From Holophagales bacterium (GTDB lineage: Bacteria; Acidobacteriota; Thermoanaerobaculia; Multivoradales; UBA5704): a stretch of 64,000 bases of DNA. Shown piece by piece: positions 30,178 through 39,547 of this stretch. Below the pieces are notes generated by a model. That model saw only the letters and a list, made by a program, of their open reading frames with translations, did no database searches and was not told where the DNA came from. The first letter of the stretch is position 1. Every line of letters starts with the position of its first letter. Location: NCBI GenBank assembly GCA_031390755.1, contig JANMTS010000060.1, positions 700 through 64,699 on the forward strand, written 5' to 3'. The position numbers and the translations under genes are program-made.

Positions 30178-31796
30178 GGGGGGTCAGGAGGAAGACCCGG
30201 CGCCCGGCCGCGCTCGGTTTCGCCCGCGGCATCCTCGCGCGGCACCGGCCGCTGGCCCGGCCGCGCCCGGTCGCGAGGCTGGGCTCGCCGTTCTCGTGGG
30301 TGCATCCGCTGCTGGCGCGGGGAGGGCGGCCGGCGGGCGCCGGTGCCGGCCGGCTTCTCCGGACGGTCGTCCGGCAGGAGCACACGCGGCGTGACACGGT
30401 GCGGACGGTGCAGACGGTGCAGACGGTGCAGACGGTGCGAACGTTGCAGACGCTGCGGGAAACCAGGACGGTCGTGGTGCCTGGGAGGGTGGGCCCTCAC
30501 CCCCCGGCCCCCTCTCCCGGTCCGCCCGAGCCCTCCCGCCCCGGGAGAGGGGGAGACTTGCGGGTTCCGGGTGTCTCAGGGCGCGTCGCCGTGCTGGCGG
30601 CTGCCGGCGGGGTGGGCCGCCGGGCCGCCCGTTTCGGGCACGGAGGCGGCGCTATCGGTACCTGGAAGGTTGGAGACGCCCCGAGGTTCCGGGATCCGGT
30701 TAGGTTTTCGATGACGGACCGGGGCGTCTCTACCCGCACATCAGCCGGCATCGAGACGCGACTCTCAACCGCGTACCGCCACGTAGAGACGGCCCGGTCC
30801 GTCTACACCAACCTCACCGGGTCTCGAAACTCCGGGCCGTCTCTCCTCTCCGTCACCACGATCGTGCCGGGCGCGCACCACAACGGCCCGACCCTGCGTT
30901 TCGAGGGCGTTCCCTGCACCCCAACCGAAATCCAGACCCGCATCCAGCCGCGAATCCCAACCGCCTACCGCCACGTAGAGACGGCCCAGTCCGTCTACAC
31001 CAACCTCACCGGGTCCCGAGGCTCCGGGCCGTCTCTCCTCTCCGTCACCACGATCGTGCCGGGCGCGCACCACAACGGCTCGACCCTGCGTTTCGGAGGC
31101 GTGAACGGCTCGACCCTGCATCCTGCGGTCGTGAAGAGCACGACCCTGCGTTTCGGGCGCACAGGCGGCGGCATCGATTCCTGGAAGGTTGGAGACGCCC
31201 CGGCGTTTCGGAACCCGGTCAGGTTGGTGATGACGGACTGGGGCGTCTCTACCCAAACATCGACAAGCAGCCAGACCGGAATCCAGGCCGGGACCCAGAC
31301 CGCCTTCGCGGCAGCCGGATTCCGGTCCGGAAAGACTGTCGGCATGCCAATCGCCCCGAGCGGGACGGGCGGCAACGCCCAGCCCCGCCGCCATCGGTCC
31401 CCGGGAGGGAGGGGGCGCCCCTCTCCCGGGGCGGGCGGACTCGGGCGGACCGGGAGAGGGGACGGGGGTGAGGACCCCCACCCCTGGGCACCGGTGGCCG
31501 CCCCCGTGCTGGCCCCGGCGCCGCGGCCCGCAAGCCGAGCCACGGCCGCCGCCACGTCCTCGACGGTATCTACAACCCCAACGTCTGCGCCGGCCGCAGC
31601 CACCTCACCGGCAGCTCCCGCCCTCGGCGAGCGGCAGGTGGTCGAGCTGGTCCGCAAGGAGCTGCGCGGCGCCCTCGCACCGGTGCTGGCGGCCCGGTCC
31701 CAACCGGACGGCGGCCGGGACGCCCACCTCGCCGACCGGGTCGTCTCCAACCTCGAACGCCGCCTCCTCGTCGAACGGGAGCGCCGCGGGCTCTGA
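30174..31796 (+). CDS. hypothetical protein at the tape-measure position, carrying an internal repeat block
   Basis: ATGA overlap with the ATPase stop. The frame stays open for 540 codons. It sits directly upstream of the LysM tube initiator and gpD hub. C-terminus 'ADRVVSNLERRLLVERERRGL'. The function is assigned by position only. Confidence 0.4.
   Translation: MRGVRRKTRRPAALGFARGILARHRPLARPRPVARLGSPFSWVHPLLARGGRPAGAGAGRLLRTVVRQEHTRRDTVRTVQTVQTVQTVRTLQTLRETRTVVVPGRVGPHPPAPSPGPPEPSRPGRGGDLRVPGVSGRVAVLAAAGGVGRRAARFGHGGGAIGTWKVGDAPRFRDPVRFSMTDRGVSTRTSAGIETRLSTAYRHVETARSVYTNLTGSRNSGPSLLSVTTIVPGAHHNGPTLRFEGVPCTPTEIQTRIQPRIPTAYRHVETAQSVYTNLTGSRGSGPSLLSVTTIVPGAHHNGSTLRFGGVNGSTLHPAVVKSTTLRFGRTGGGIDSWKVGDAPAFRNPVRLVMTDWGVSTQTSTSSQTGIQAGTQTAFAAAGFRSGKTVGMPIAPSGTGGNAQPRRHRSPGGRGRPSPGAGGLGRTGRGDGGEDPHPWAPVAAPVLAPAPRPASRATAAATSSTVSTTPTSAPAAATSPAAPALGERQVVELVRKELRGALAPVLAARSQPDGGRDAHLADRVVSNLERRLLVERERRGL
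30396..30458 (+). repeat. 7 x 9-bp tandem repeat (acggtgcag-like)
   Basis: The seven units are acggtgcgg, acggtgcag x3, acggtgcga, acgttgcag and acgctgcgg, encoding TVRTVQTVQTVQTVRTLQTLR. Confidence 0.85.
30495..31473. repeat. composite roughly 979-bp repeat block bounded by about 60-bp inverted hairpin repeats
   Basis: Left end 30495-30553 is cctcaccccccggccccctctcccggtccgcccgag...ccgggagaggggg. Its reverse complement recurs at 31413-31473. Internal direct repeats: X (30661-30735 / 31180-31254, offset 519 nt) and Y (30766-30910 / 30957-31102, offset 192 nt). Confidence 0.65.
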
Positions 31797-31814
31797 CCCG
31801 CCGGAGACGACGCC

Positions 31815-32456
31815 ATGGCCCTCGAAAAGCTTCGCATCAAAAACCTCGACAGCACAGGGGATTCCATCGACGTCCTCTTCAATCCCGCGGAGTACACCTT
31901 CGAGGACGCCAACGTGTGGGAGGAACAGAAGCACCCGAAACAGAAGTCCGGCACCCAGTTCGTCGGCCGCAGCCTCAAGAAGCTCTCCCTGGAGCTGTTC
32001 TTCGACACCTACGAGGCGGGCGACGACGTGCGCAGGGCGACGAACAAGATCGCCGCCCTCCTCATCCCCATCCCGCAGCAGACACGGCCGCCCCGATGCG
32101 AGATCGTCTGGGGGCCGTCCAAAGAGCTATCGAAAGACTCGCTCTTCGTCTGGGTTCTGGAGAGCCTGAAACAGCAGTTCACCCTCTTCCGCGCCGACGG
32201 CACGCCGGTCCGGGCGCGCCTCACCGTCTCCTTCAAGGAATACATCGAGCCCTCGAAGGAGGAGAAGAGCGACCCCAAGCGGAATTCGTTCCCGGCCAAG
32301 ACCCACACCGTGCATGCCGGCGAGACCCTCGCCGGCATCGCCGGCACGCTCTGGGGCCGGCCCGCCGACTGGCGCATCCTGGCCAAAGCCAACAACATCG
32401 ACAACCCGCTGCGGCTAGAACCAGGCCGCGTGCTCACCGTTCCGGCGATCCCCTGA
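31815..32456 (+). CDS. tube-initiator-like protein with C-terminal LysM domain (Afp7-like)
   Basis: 'IDVLFNPAEYTFEDAN...LSLELFFDT' followed by LysM 'HTVHAGETLAGIAGTLWGRPADWRILAKANNIDNPLRLEPGRVLTVP'. Confidence 0.85.
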   Translation: MALEKLRIKNLDSTGDSIDVLFNPAEYTFEDANVWEEQKHPKQKSGTQFVGRSLKKLSLELFFDTYEAGDDVRRATNKIAALLIPIPQQTRPPRCEIVWGPSKELSKDSLFVWVLESLKQQFTLFRADGTPVRARLTVSFKEYIEPSKEEKSDPKRNSFPAKTHTVHAGETLAGIAGTLWGRPADWRILAKANNIDNPLRLEPGRVLTVPAIP

Positions 32457-32461
32457 GGGAG

Positions 32462-33532
32462 ATGCTCATGGCCGATCCCTCTCTCTCCAGCGTCCACGAT
32501 GCGCCCACCTTCAAGGTGCGCCTCGCCGGCCAGGATCTGCCGACCGCGGCAGCCCTCGACGTGCTCAGCGTGGAGGTCTCCACCCATGTCGAGGGCTCCG
32601 ACATGTTCGCCGTGACCTTCAGCAACTGGGACCAGAACCGCCAGGAGGTCACCTGGACGGAGCGCGACCTGCTGCGCGAAGGCGCGGAGCTGGAGATCCT
32701 GGCCGGCTACGCCCACTCTCTCCAGAGCCTGATGAAGGGCGAGGTGACGGCCCTGGAGCCCGAGTTCCCGTACGACCGGACGCCCACCCTGACGCTGCGC
32801 GGCTACGACCGCCTTCACCGTCTGCGCCGCGGGCGCAAGACCCGCTCGTTCGTGAAGATGAAGGACAGCGAGGTCGCCGGGCGCATCGGCCGCGACCTGG
32901 GGCTCAAGGTCGAGGCCGACGACTCCCAGGTGGTCCACGAGTACCTGCTCCAGAACAACCAGAGCGACGTCGACTTCCTGGTCGAACGGGCGCGCCGCAT
33001 CCGCTTCGAGGTCAAGGTCGAGGACAGGACGCTGCTGTTCCGCAAGACGCCCGACGACCGCACCCAGGTGTTGACCCTCAAGTACGGGCTTACGCTGCGC
33101 AGCTTCTGCCCGCGCCTCAACACCCTGGCGCAGGTCAGCGAGGTGACGGTCCAGGGCTGGAGCCCGAAGCAGCGCGAGGCCATCGCCGGCAAGGCCGGCA
33201 CCGGCGACGCCAAGGCCTCGGGCGGCACCCTGGGGGCCACGCTCGCCGAGCGCGCGTTCTTCGCCGCCAAGGCCGCGGTCGTGGACACGCCGGTCGCTTC
33301 GGCCCAGGAGGCGACGCAGATCGCCCGCGCGCGTTTGAACGAGCTGGCCATGGAGGCGCTGACCGGCGAAGGGCTGGCCGTGGGCGAGCCCGCCCTGCAA
33401 GCCGGCAAGGTGGTGGAGCTGGCCGGCCTCGGCAAGCGTTTCAGCGGCCTGTACTACGTCACCTCGGCCGTCCACCGGATCGACCACGAGGGCTACAGCA
33501 CCGCCTTCACCGTGGCGAGGAACGCGGCATGA
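32462..33532 (+). CDS. late control gene D-like baseplate hub protein
   Basis: Start MLMADPSL (ATG 32462). 'FKVRLAGQDL...VLSVEVSTHVEGSDMFAVTF', 'NQSDVDFLVERARRIRFEV', 'GLYYVTSAVHRIDHEGYSTAFTV'. Confidence 0.85.
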   Translation: MLMADPSLSSVHDAPTFKVRLAGQDLPTAAALDVLSVEVSTHVEGSDMFAVTFSNWDQNRQEVTWTERDLLREGAELEILAGYAHSLQSLMKGEVTALEPEFPYDRTPTLTLRGYDRLHRLRRGRKTRSFVKMKDSEVAGRIGRDLGLKVEADDSQVVHEYLLQNNQSDVDFLVERARRIRFEVKVEDRTLLFRKTPDDRTQVLTLKYGLTLRSFCPRLNTLAQVSEVTVQGWSPKQREAIAGKAGTGDAKASGGTLGATLAERAFFAAKAAVVDTPVASAQEATQIARARLNELAMEALTGEGLAVGEPALQAGKVVELAGLGKRFSGLYYVTSAVHRIDHEGYSTAFTVARNAA

Positions 33533-34188
33533 CGCTCTTCGACCTGCTCACCGACCAGACGGGCCTGGAGGCGCGGCGCGGGCGCGTCCACGGCGCGGTC
33601 GTGGGCATCGTCACCAACAACAAGGACCCGGAGACGCTCGGCCGGGTGAAGGTCAAGTTCCCCTGGCTCACCGACGCCGACGAGAGCCACTGGGCGCGGG
33701 TGGCGACGTTCATGGCCGGCAAGGAGCGCGGCGGCTGGTTCCTGCCCGAGGTGGACGACGAGGTGGTGGTGCTCTTCGAGCACGGCGACGTCCGCTTCCC
33801 CTTCGTCGTCGGCGCGCTCTGGAACGGCGTCGACGCCGCGGCCTACACCAACGCCGACGGCAAGAACAACGTGCGCGCCATCACCTCGCGCAGCGGCCAC
33901 GAGCTGATCTTCGACGACGACTCGAAGAAGGGGCGCCTGGAGATCCACACCAAGGCCGGGCACCGCATCCTGCTCGACGACTCCACCGGCTCCGAGACGA
34001 TCCTGATCGAGGACAAGTCGGGCAACAACAGGATCGAGATGGACGCGGTCAAGGGCTCGATCGCCGTCGAGGCGCAGCTCAAGCTCAGCCTCAAGGCGAA
34101 GACGGTCGAGATCGAGGCGGACATCGCGCTCAAGCTCAAGTCCGGCGCCACCCTGGAGATCCAGGGCACGCTGGTGAAGATCAACTGA
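33529..34188 (+). CDS. gpV/gp5-type spike protein (VgrG-like OB fold + beta-helix)
   Basis: 'GIVTNNKDPETLGRVKVKFPWL...HWARVATFMAGKERGGWFLPEVDDEVVVLFEHGDVRFPFVVGALWNG', then a beta-helical repeat tail. Confidence 0.85.
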   Translation: MTLFDLLTDQTGLEARRGRVHGAVVGIVTNNKDPETLGRVKVKFPWLTDADESHWARVATFMAGKERGGWFLPEVDDEVVVLFEHGDVRFPFVVGALWNGVDAAAYTNADGKNNVRAITSRSGHELIFDDDSKKGRLEIHTKAGHRILLDDSTGSETILIEDKSGNNRIEMDAVKGSIAVEAQLKLSLKAKTVEIEADIALKLKSGATLEIQGTLVKIN

Positions 34189-34194
34189 AAGGAG

Positions 34195-34479
34195 ATGCCC
34201 TTGCCCCCCGCAGCGCGCGTCGGAGATCCCAGCGGCCATCCCGGAGTCGTCACCGGCCCGGGCATCCCCACGGTGCTCATCGCCGGGATGCCGGCGGCCA
34301 CGCTCGGCGACCTCCACACCTGCTCGTTTCCGCCGCCGGCCGTGCATCCGCCCACCCCGATCGCCAAGGGGAGCGCCACGGTGCTCATCGGCGGCAAGCC
34401 GGCGGCGCGGGTGGGCGACATGGCCGGCTGCGGCGCGCCGATCGTGGCCGGCGCCTTCACCGTGCTGATCGGAGGCTAG
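34195..34479 (+). CDS. PAAR domain spike-tip protein
   Basis: 'PAARVGD...GMPAATLGDLHTC...GKPAARVGDMAGCG'. The start may be TTG 34201, given the GGAG at 34191-34194. Confidence 0.9.
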   Translation: MPLPPAARVGDPSGHPGVVTGPGIPTVLIAGMPAATLGDLHTCSFPPPAVHPPTPIAKGSATVLIGGKPAARVGDMAGCGAPIVAGAFTVLIGG

Positions 34480-34488
34480 GGAGACATC

Positions 34489-34881
34489 ATGAGCAAGGAT
34501 TTCCTCGGCAGGGGTTGGACGTTCCCGGTCCAGGTGGACGCCAACGGCGCGATCGCGCTGTCCGTGCAGGAAGAGGACGTGCGCGAGGCGATCCGCGTGA
34601 TCCTCCTCACCAGCCGCGGCGAGCGGCCGATGCGGCCCGACTTCGGCGCCGGTCTCCACGACTATGTGTTCGAGACGCTGAGCGCCACCAACGTCGGCGC
34701 GATCCAGGCGGAGGTCCGGCGCGCCCTGGTCGACTGGGAGCCGCGCATCGAGCTGCTGTCGGTGGACGCCCGGCCCGACTCCGGCGACGTCGGCCGCTTC
34801 CTGCTCGACGTGGACTACAGGGTGCGCTCCACGAACACGCGCTTCAACCTGGTGTTCCCCTTCTATCTGGGAGGCCGGTGA
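34489..34881 (+). CDS. GPW/gp25-family baseplate wedge protein
   Basis: 'FLGRGWTFPV...EDVREAIRVILLTSRGERPMRPDFGAGLHDYVFE'. Confidence 0.9.
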   Translation: MSKDFLGRGWTFPVQVDANGAIALSVQEEDVREAIRVILLTSRGERPMRPDFGAGLHDYVFETLSATNVGAIQAEVRRALVDWEPRIELLSVDARPDSGDVGRFLLDVDYRVRSTNTRFNLVFPFYLGGR

Positions 34882-37805
34882 TGGCGGGCCCGGCGCTTCC
34901 GAAGCTCGACGGCCGCGACCTGGAGGAGCTGCTGCGCGAGGCGCACGCCCTGCGCCCCGTCTACACGCCGGAGTGGAAGGCCGCGGCCGGCGACCCCGGC
35001 ACCGCGATGCTCGAGATCGTGGCCGGGCTCCTGGCCGGGACGATCGAGCGCCTCGACCAGACGCCCGCCCGGCATTTTCTCGCGTTCCTCGACCTGCTCG
35101 GGGTGCAGCTCACCCCGGCCCAGCCGGCGCGGGCGCCGCTGACCTTCGTGCTCAGCGACGGAGCGACCGAGCCGGTGGTGGTCCCCGCCCGTTCCCAGTC
35201 CGCGGCCAAGCCGCCCGAAGGCGGCGACCCGGTGGTCTTCGAGACCGAAAGCGCGTTCGTCGCCACTCCGGCGCAGCTCACGGGGGCTCTGAGCGTGGTA
35301 CCGGGTTCAGGCCTGGACTCCGACCTGATCGTCGACCACCGTCCCGCCCTCGAAGCCGGCGCCGCCTTCGCCCTGTTCACGGGCACCAACCTCCAGGAGC
35401 ATGCTCTCTACCTGGGTCACGATGCCCTGTTCGATGTGACGGGGCCGGTGAAGATCAAGCTCAAGATCGGGCCGTTCCTGGCCCCGGAGTCGGTCGTCTG
35501 GGAGTACTTCGCCGAGACGGAGGCGAAGTGGACGCCCCTGAGCGCCAGCGCGTCGGGGAATCTCCTCGTCCTCACCAAGCGCGAGTCCGGCGCCATCGCC
35601 AGGCTGGCGATCGGCGGCATCGAGCAGCGCTGGATCCGCTGCCGGGCGGTGGAGGCCGGGAACCTGGCCGGGATCGTCATCAACTCGATCGAGGCCAGCG
35701 TCGAGCCGGGTACGCCGGACGAGCCGGGCCTCGCGCCCGACCTCGCCTTCGCCAACGACGTCGAGCTGGCCCTGCAGAGCTTTCATCCCTTCGGCCGCAG
35801 GCCCCGCCTCTTCGACACCTTCTACATCGCCAGCCGCGAGGGCTTCTCGAAGAAGGGCGCGAAGATCTCCCTCGAATTCAAGTGGGAGGCGCCCCTCCCC
35901 GTTTCCTCGCTGGACCTCGTTCTCTCGTGGGAGTACTGGGACAGCCGAGGCTGGCGGGCGATCCTGATCCCAACCCCGAAGACCGAAGCCACCACCGACG
36001 GCCGCACAAGCTTCGCTATCAGCTTCGACTGCCCTGCCGATCTCGCAGCCGTCGAGGTGGCCGGGCAGGAGAATCTCTGGATCCGCGCCCGCATCGTCAG
36101 CGGCGACTATGGCAAGGAGACCTTCAAGCTCGATGCGAAGACAGCCCAGGTTACTCCCGAAAACAATTTCCTGCCCCCGAAGGTCAAGTCCCTGTTGATC
36201 AAGTACGGGATGGAAGCTCTCGTTCCCCAGTACGTCCTGACGCAGAACAACCTCGACCTCCGGGTGTGGGATCTTCAGGATCCTCAAACCCTCCTGCTCC
36301 CCTTCGCCCCCCTGGAGAGCGGACCGCCAGCCCTCCATCTGGGCTTCGACCGGCCCCTGGAGAAGGGTCCGCTGAGCTTCTTCTTCGCCGTCGAGGACCA
36401 CGGGGCCGCCGCGGACGCCCGGCCGCGCGTCGAGTGGCAGTACCTGCGGCGGCGGTCCGGCGAGGCTGCCGCGCAGTGGGCGGCCCTGGAGGTTCTCGAC
36501 GACACCCAGGGGCTGACCCGCAGCGGCACCGTCCAGTTCATCCCGCCGCCGGACCTGGCCCGGGACCGCCGCTTCGGCCTGGACGCCTGGTGGCTCCGCG
36601 CCGCCGCGGCTCCGGCGGCGAAGCTGCGCGGCCTCTACCTCAACACCGCCTGGGCCGTCCAGGGGGAGACGATCGAAGGGGAGCCCCTCGGCTCCGGCAC
36701 CGGCCTCCCCGGCCAGCGGTTCGCCACGGCCAGGGCGCCGGTGAGCGGCGAGGAGGTGTGGGTCGACGAGCTTGGAACGCTCTCCGACGGCGAGCGCAAG
36801 GCCCTGGCCGCGCGGCCGGACGTCCGGGTGCGGCAGCGGACCGACGAGACCGGGCGGCCCCTCGCCTTCGAGATCCTCTGGCGGCCGGTCGCGGATCTCG
36901 CCCTGGCCGGCCCGGGCGACCGGGTCTATGCCGTCGACCGCGCCGCGGGCCTCTTCGAGATGGGCGGCGGCGACCAGGGCCGCGTCGTCCCCCTGGGGCG
37001 GGACAACGTGCGCGCCAGCTACCGGGCCGGGGGCGGCGCGCCGGGCAACGTGCCCGCCGGATCGATCACCGCCCTGCGCACCACCCTGCCGACGGTGGAC
37101 TCGACGGCGAATCCGGTGCCGGCGGCGGGCGGCGCCGACACCGAGCCGCTGGCGCGGGCCCTGGAGCGCGGCCCCCTGGCGCTGCGCCACCGCGGCCGGG
37201 CCGTCACCCGCTCGGACTTCGAGGTGCTCGCCCGCGAAGCCTCCCCCGCGGTGGCGCGGGCGCGCTGCCTGGGCCATTTCGACGAAACGGGCAAGGAGAC
37301 GCCGGGCCGGGTGACCGTCGTGATCGTGCCCGAAAGCCTCGAAGCCCGCCCCTTCCCCACGCCGGCCCTGCGCCAGCGGGTGGAGCGCTTCCTGGCCGGG
37401 AACGCGGCCAACACCGCCGGGGTGCGGGTCGTCGGTCCGGACTATGTCGAGGTCCGCGTCACGGCCGAGCTCGTCCCCCTCGAACCCGGTCTGGCGCCCC
37501 AGGTGGAAGCCGAGGCCTTCCGGCGCCTGGCGGAGCTCCTCCACCCGCTGACCGGCGGCCATGAGGGTCTCGGCTGGGAGTTCGGCCGCCGCCCGGCCCT
37601 GTCGGACTTCTTCCCCCTGTTCGAAGCCCTGCCGGGCGTCGACCACGTCGCGAGCCTCGCCGCGGCCCTGCAGTCGGTGGATTCGGCCGGCAAGCCGTTC
37701 GGCGAGGTCACCGAGATCACCCTGGACCGGCCGGGCGACTCGACCCTGGCCGGCCACGTCCTCGTCTACGGCGGCGACCACCGGCTGCTGAGCCGGATGC
37801 CCTGA
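34881..37805 (+). CDS. large baseplate protein (gp6/J-like, Afp11-like)
   Basis: ATG 34881 overlaps the gp25 stop. 'LPKLDGRDLEELLREAHALRPVYTPEWK...GTAMLEIVAGL' and a C-terminal 'GHEGLGWEFGRRPALSDFFPLFEALPGVDHV' J-type motif. Confidence 0.8.
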   Translation: MAGPALPKLDGRDLEELLREAHALRPVYTPEWKAAAGDPGTAMLEIVAGLLAGTIERLDQTPARHFLAFLDLLGVQLTPAQPARAPLTFVLSDGATEPVVVPARSQSAAKPPEGGDPVVFETESAFVATPAQLTGALSVVPGSGLDSDLIVDHRPALEAGAAFALFTGTNLQEHALYLGHDALFDVTGPVKIKLKIGPFLAPESVVWEYFAETEAKWTPLSASASGNLLVLTKRESGAIARLAIGGIEQRWIRCRAVEAGNLAGIVINSIEASVEPGTPDEPGLAPDLAFANDVELALQSFHPFGRRPRLFDTFYIASREGFSKKGAKISLEFKWEAPLPVSSLDLVLSWEYWDSRGWRAILIPTPKTEATTDGRTSFAISFDCPADLAAVEVAGQENLWIRARIVSGDYGKETFKLDAKTAQVTPENNFLPPKVKSLLIKYGMEALVPQYVLTQNNLDLRVWDLQDPQTLLLPFAPLESGPPALHLGFDRPLEKGPLSFFFAVEDHGAAADARPRVEWQYLRRRSGEAAAQWAALEVLDDTQGLTRSGTVQFIPPPDLARDRRFGLDAWWLRAAAAPAAKLRGLYLNTAWAVQGETIEGEPLGSGTGLPGQRFATARAPVSGEEVWVDELGTLSDGERKALAARPDVRVRQRTDETGRPLAFEILWRPVADLALAGPGDRVYAVDRAAGLFEMGGGDQGRVVPLGRDNVRASYRAGGGAPGNVPAGSITALRTTLPTVDSTANPVPAAGGADTEPLARALERGPLALRHRGRAVTRSDFEVLAREASPAVARARCLGHFDETGKETPGRVTVVIVPESLEARPFPTPALRQRVERFLAGNAANTAGVRVVGPDYVEVRVTAELVPLEPGLAPQVEAEAFRRLAELLHPLTGGHEGLGWEFGRRPALSDFFPLFEALPGVDHVASLAAALQSVDSAGKPFGEVTEITLDRPGDSTLAGHVLVYGGDHRLLSRMP

Positions 37806-37819
37806 AGGAGAGCGAAGCC

Positions 37820-39547
37820 ATGGCCCTGCCTCTGCCCGTGCTGGACGACCGGACCTTCGAGGAGATGGTGGCCGAGGCCTTGCGCCTGGCGCCGCAGCGG
37901 GCGCCGGCCTGGACCGACCACAATCTCAGCGATCCGGGCGTCACCCTGGTCGAGCTGTTCGCCTGGCTCACCGAGATGCAGCGCTATCGCCTCGACCGGC
38001 TGCGCGAGGAGAGTCTGGTCAAGCTCCTGGGCCTGGTCGGCATGCAGCCGCGGCCCGCCACCCCGGCGCGAGCCGCGGTCGCGGTGTCGGCCCCGCAGAC
38101 GACGTTCCTGCCGCTCGGCACCCCCCTCCGGCTCGGCGGCGTCTCCTTCAGCACGGAGGAGGACATCACCGTGGTGCCGGCGAGACTCGCGAGGATCCTC
38201 ACCTCCTCGCGCGCCGGCCAGGTGGACGAGACCGCCGCCAACGACGGCGAAGGTCTCTCCTTCTTCGCCTTCGGTCCCGATGCCGAGGCGGGGAGCCGCC
38301 TCTATCTCGGCTTCAGCGAGCCTCTTCCCGCCGAGGTGGGCTTCAGCCTCGACCTCGTCCTCTACGAGGGCTACCCTGCCGCGCGCGGCGAGCATGGCGA
38401 GGAGCCGCCGAGGATCACGCCTTCCGCCCGCATCGAGTGGGAGGCGCTCTCCGGCGGCGGCTGGCTCCCGCTGGAGATCCTCGGCGACGAGACCGTGATG
38501 CTGTCGCTGCCCGGGCGCCTGCGCTTCCGCCTCGCCTCGCCGCTGGATGCCGCCGAGCTGCCGCCGATCCCCGGCGAGCTCTCCTGGCTGCGGGCCACGG
38601 TGGTGGAGCCCGGCTACGAGCTGCCGCCGCGCCTGGCCGCCGTGCGCTGGCAGACGGTGCCGGCGGTCGAAGCGACCGACGAGAACGCCGCGGCCGACGA
38701 GGACGCCGAGGACGACCCGGGCAGCCTCGGTCTGCGGACCGGCGCCGGCAACGTGGACCGCGGCGCCGCCGTCGCTCTCGCGGGGCCGCTCCCGGGCGGC
38801 GAGGGCCTGGTCTTCTCGCTGCCCGCGGCGGCCACCGGGGGCACGGACCGCGAGACCGTGGACGCGGCCCGCCTGCGCCTGCGCCGGGACAAGCTCACCC
38901 TCTGGCGCGCGGTCAACGATGCCGACTTCGAGGCCCTGGCGAAGGCCACGCCGGGGCTGCGCGTCGCCCGCACCTGGTCCCTGTCCGGGCAGTCCCTGTC
39001 CGGGCTCACACCGGCGACTCCAACCGCATCGGCGACGGTCACCGTGATCGTCGTGCCGTTCAGCGAGGCCGCCAAGCCCGTGCCCAGCTCCGGCTTCCTC
39101 CGCACCGTCCGCTGCCATCTCGACCGCCATCGCCTGCTCACCACGCAGGTCCGCGTCGTGGGGCCGGACTACGTGGAGGTCGGCGTCGAGGCCGGTCTCG
39201 TCCTCCAGGCCGGAGCCGGCCGGGACGCCGTGCTCGCCCGGGCCGCCGCGGCCCTCGGCGTCTTTCTCCATCCCCTGCAAGGAGGCCCTGCCGGGGAGGG
39301 ATGGCCCTTCGGCCGGCCGGTCTATCTGTCGGAGGTCTACGCGGCCCTGGAGGCCGTGGCCGGAGTGGACGCCGTCGAGCGGGTGGCCGTCTCCGCCGGA
39401 GCTGGGAGCGGCGTCTCCCGCGACGAGCGGGGGAATCTGCTCATCCCGTCCACCAGTCTGGTCTTCTCCGGCGCGCACCGGCTCACCGTCGTGGAGCGGG
39501 AAGGCGCTCTCTGCCGGGTGAAGCCGGCCCCGGGAGCCCGGTCATGA
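37820..39547 (+). CDS. baseplate J-like protein 2 (Afp12-like)
   Basis: '[21 protein letters not shown]...[20 protein letters not shown]' and a C-terminal '[28 protein letters not shown]'. Confidence 0.75.
   Translation: MALPLPVLDDRTFEEMVAEALRLAPQRAPAWTDHNLSDPGVTLVELFAWLTEMQRYRLDRLREESLVKLLGLVGMQPRPATPARAAVAVSAPQTTFLPLGTPLRLGGVSFSTEEDITVVPARLARILTSSRAGQVDETAANDGEGLSFFAFGPDAEAGSRLYLGFSEPLPAEVGFSLDLVLYEGYPAARGEHGEEPPRITPSARIEWEALSGGGWLPLEILGDETVMLSLPGRLRFRLASPLDAAELPPIPGELSWLRATVVEPGYELPPRLAAVRWQTVPAVEATDENAAADEDAEDDPGSLGLRTGAGNVDRGAAVALAGPLPGGEGLVFSLPAAATGGTDRETVDAARLRLRRDKLTLWRAVNDADFEALAKATPGLRVARTWSLSGQSLSGLTPATPTASATVTVIVVPFSEAAKPVPSSGFLRTVRCHLDRHRLLTTQVRVVGPDYVEVGVEAGLVLQAGAGRDAVLARAAAALGVFLHPLQGGPAGEGWPFGRPVYLSEVYAALEAVAGVDAVERVAVSAGAGSGVSRDERGNLLIPSTSLVFSGAHRLTVVEREGALCRVKPAPGARS

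Noticed and set aside
30766-31102. Possibility that the near-identical Y1/Y2 repeats are a diversity-generating retroelement template/variable repeat pair.
   Set aside because: The mismatches are not adenine-specific in one copy: A/G differences go both ways, and there are also C/T and G/C changes. No reverse transcriptase gene is present in the window.
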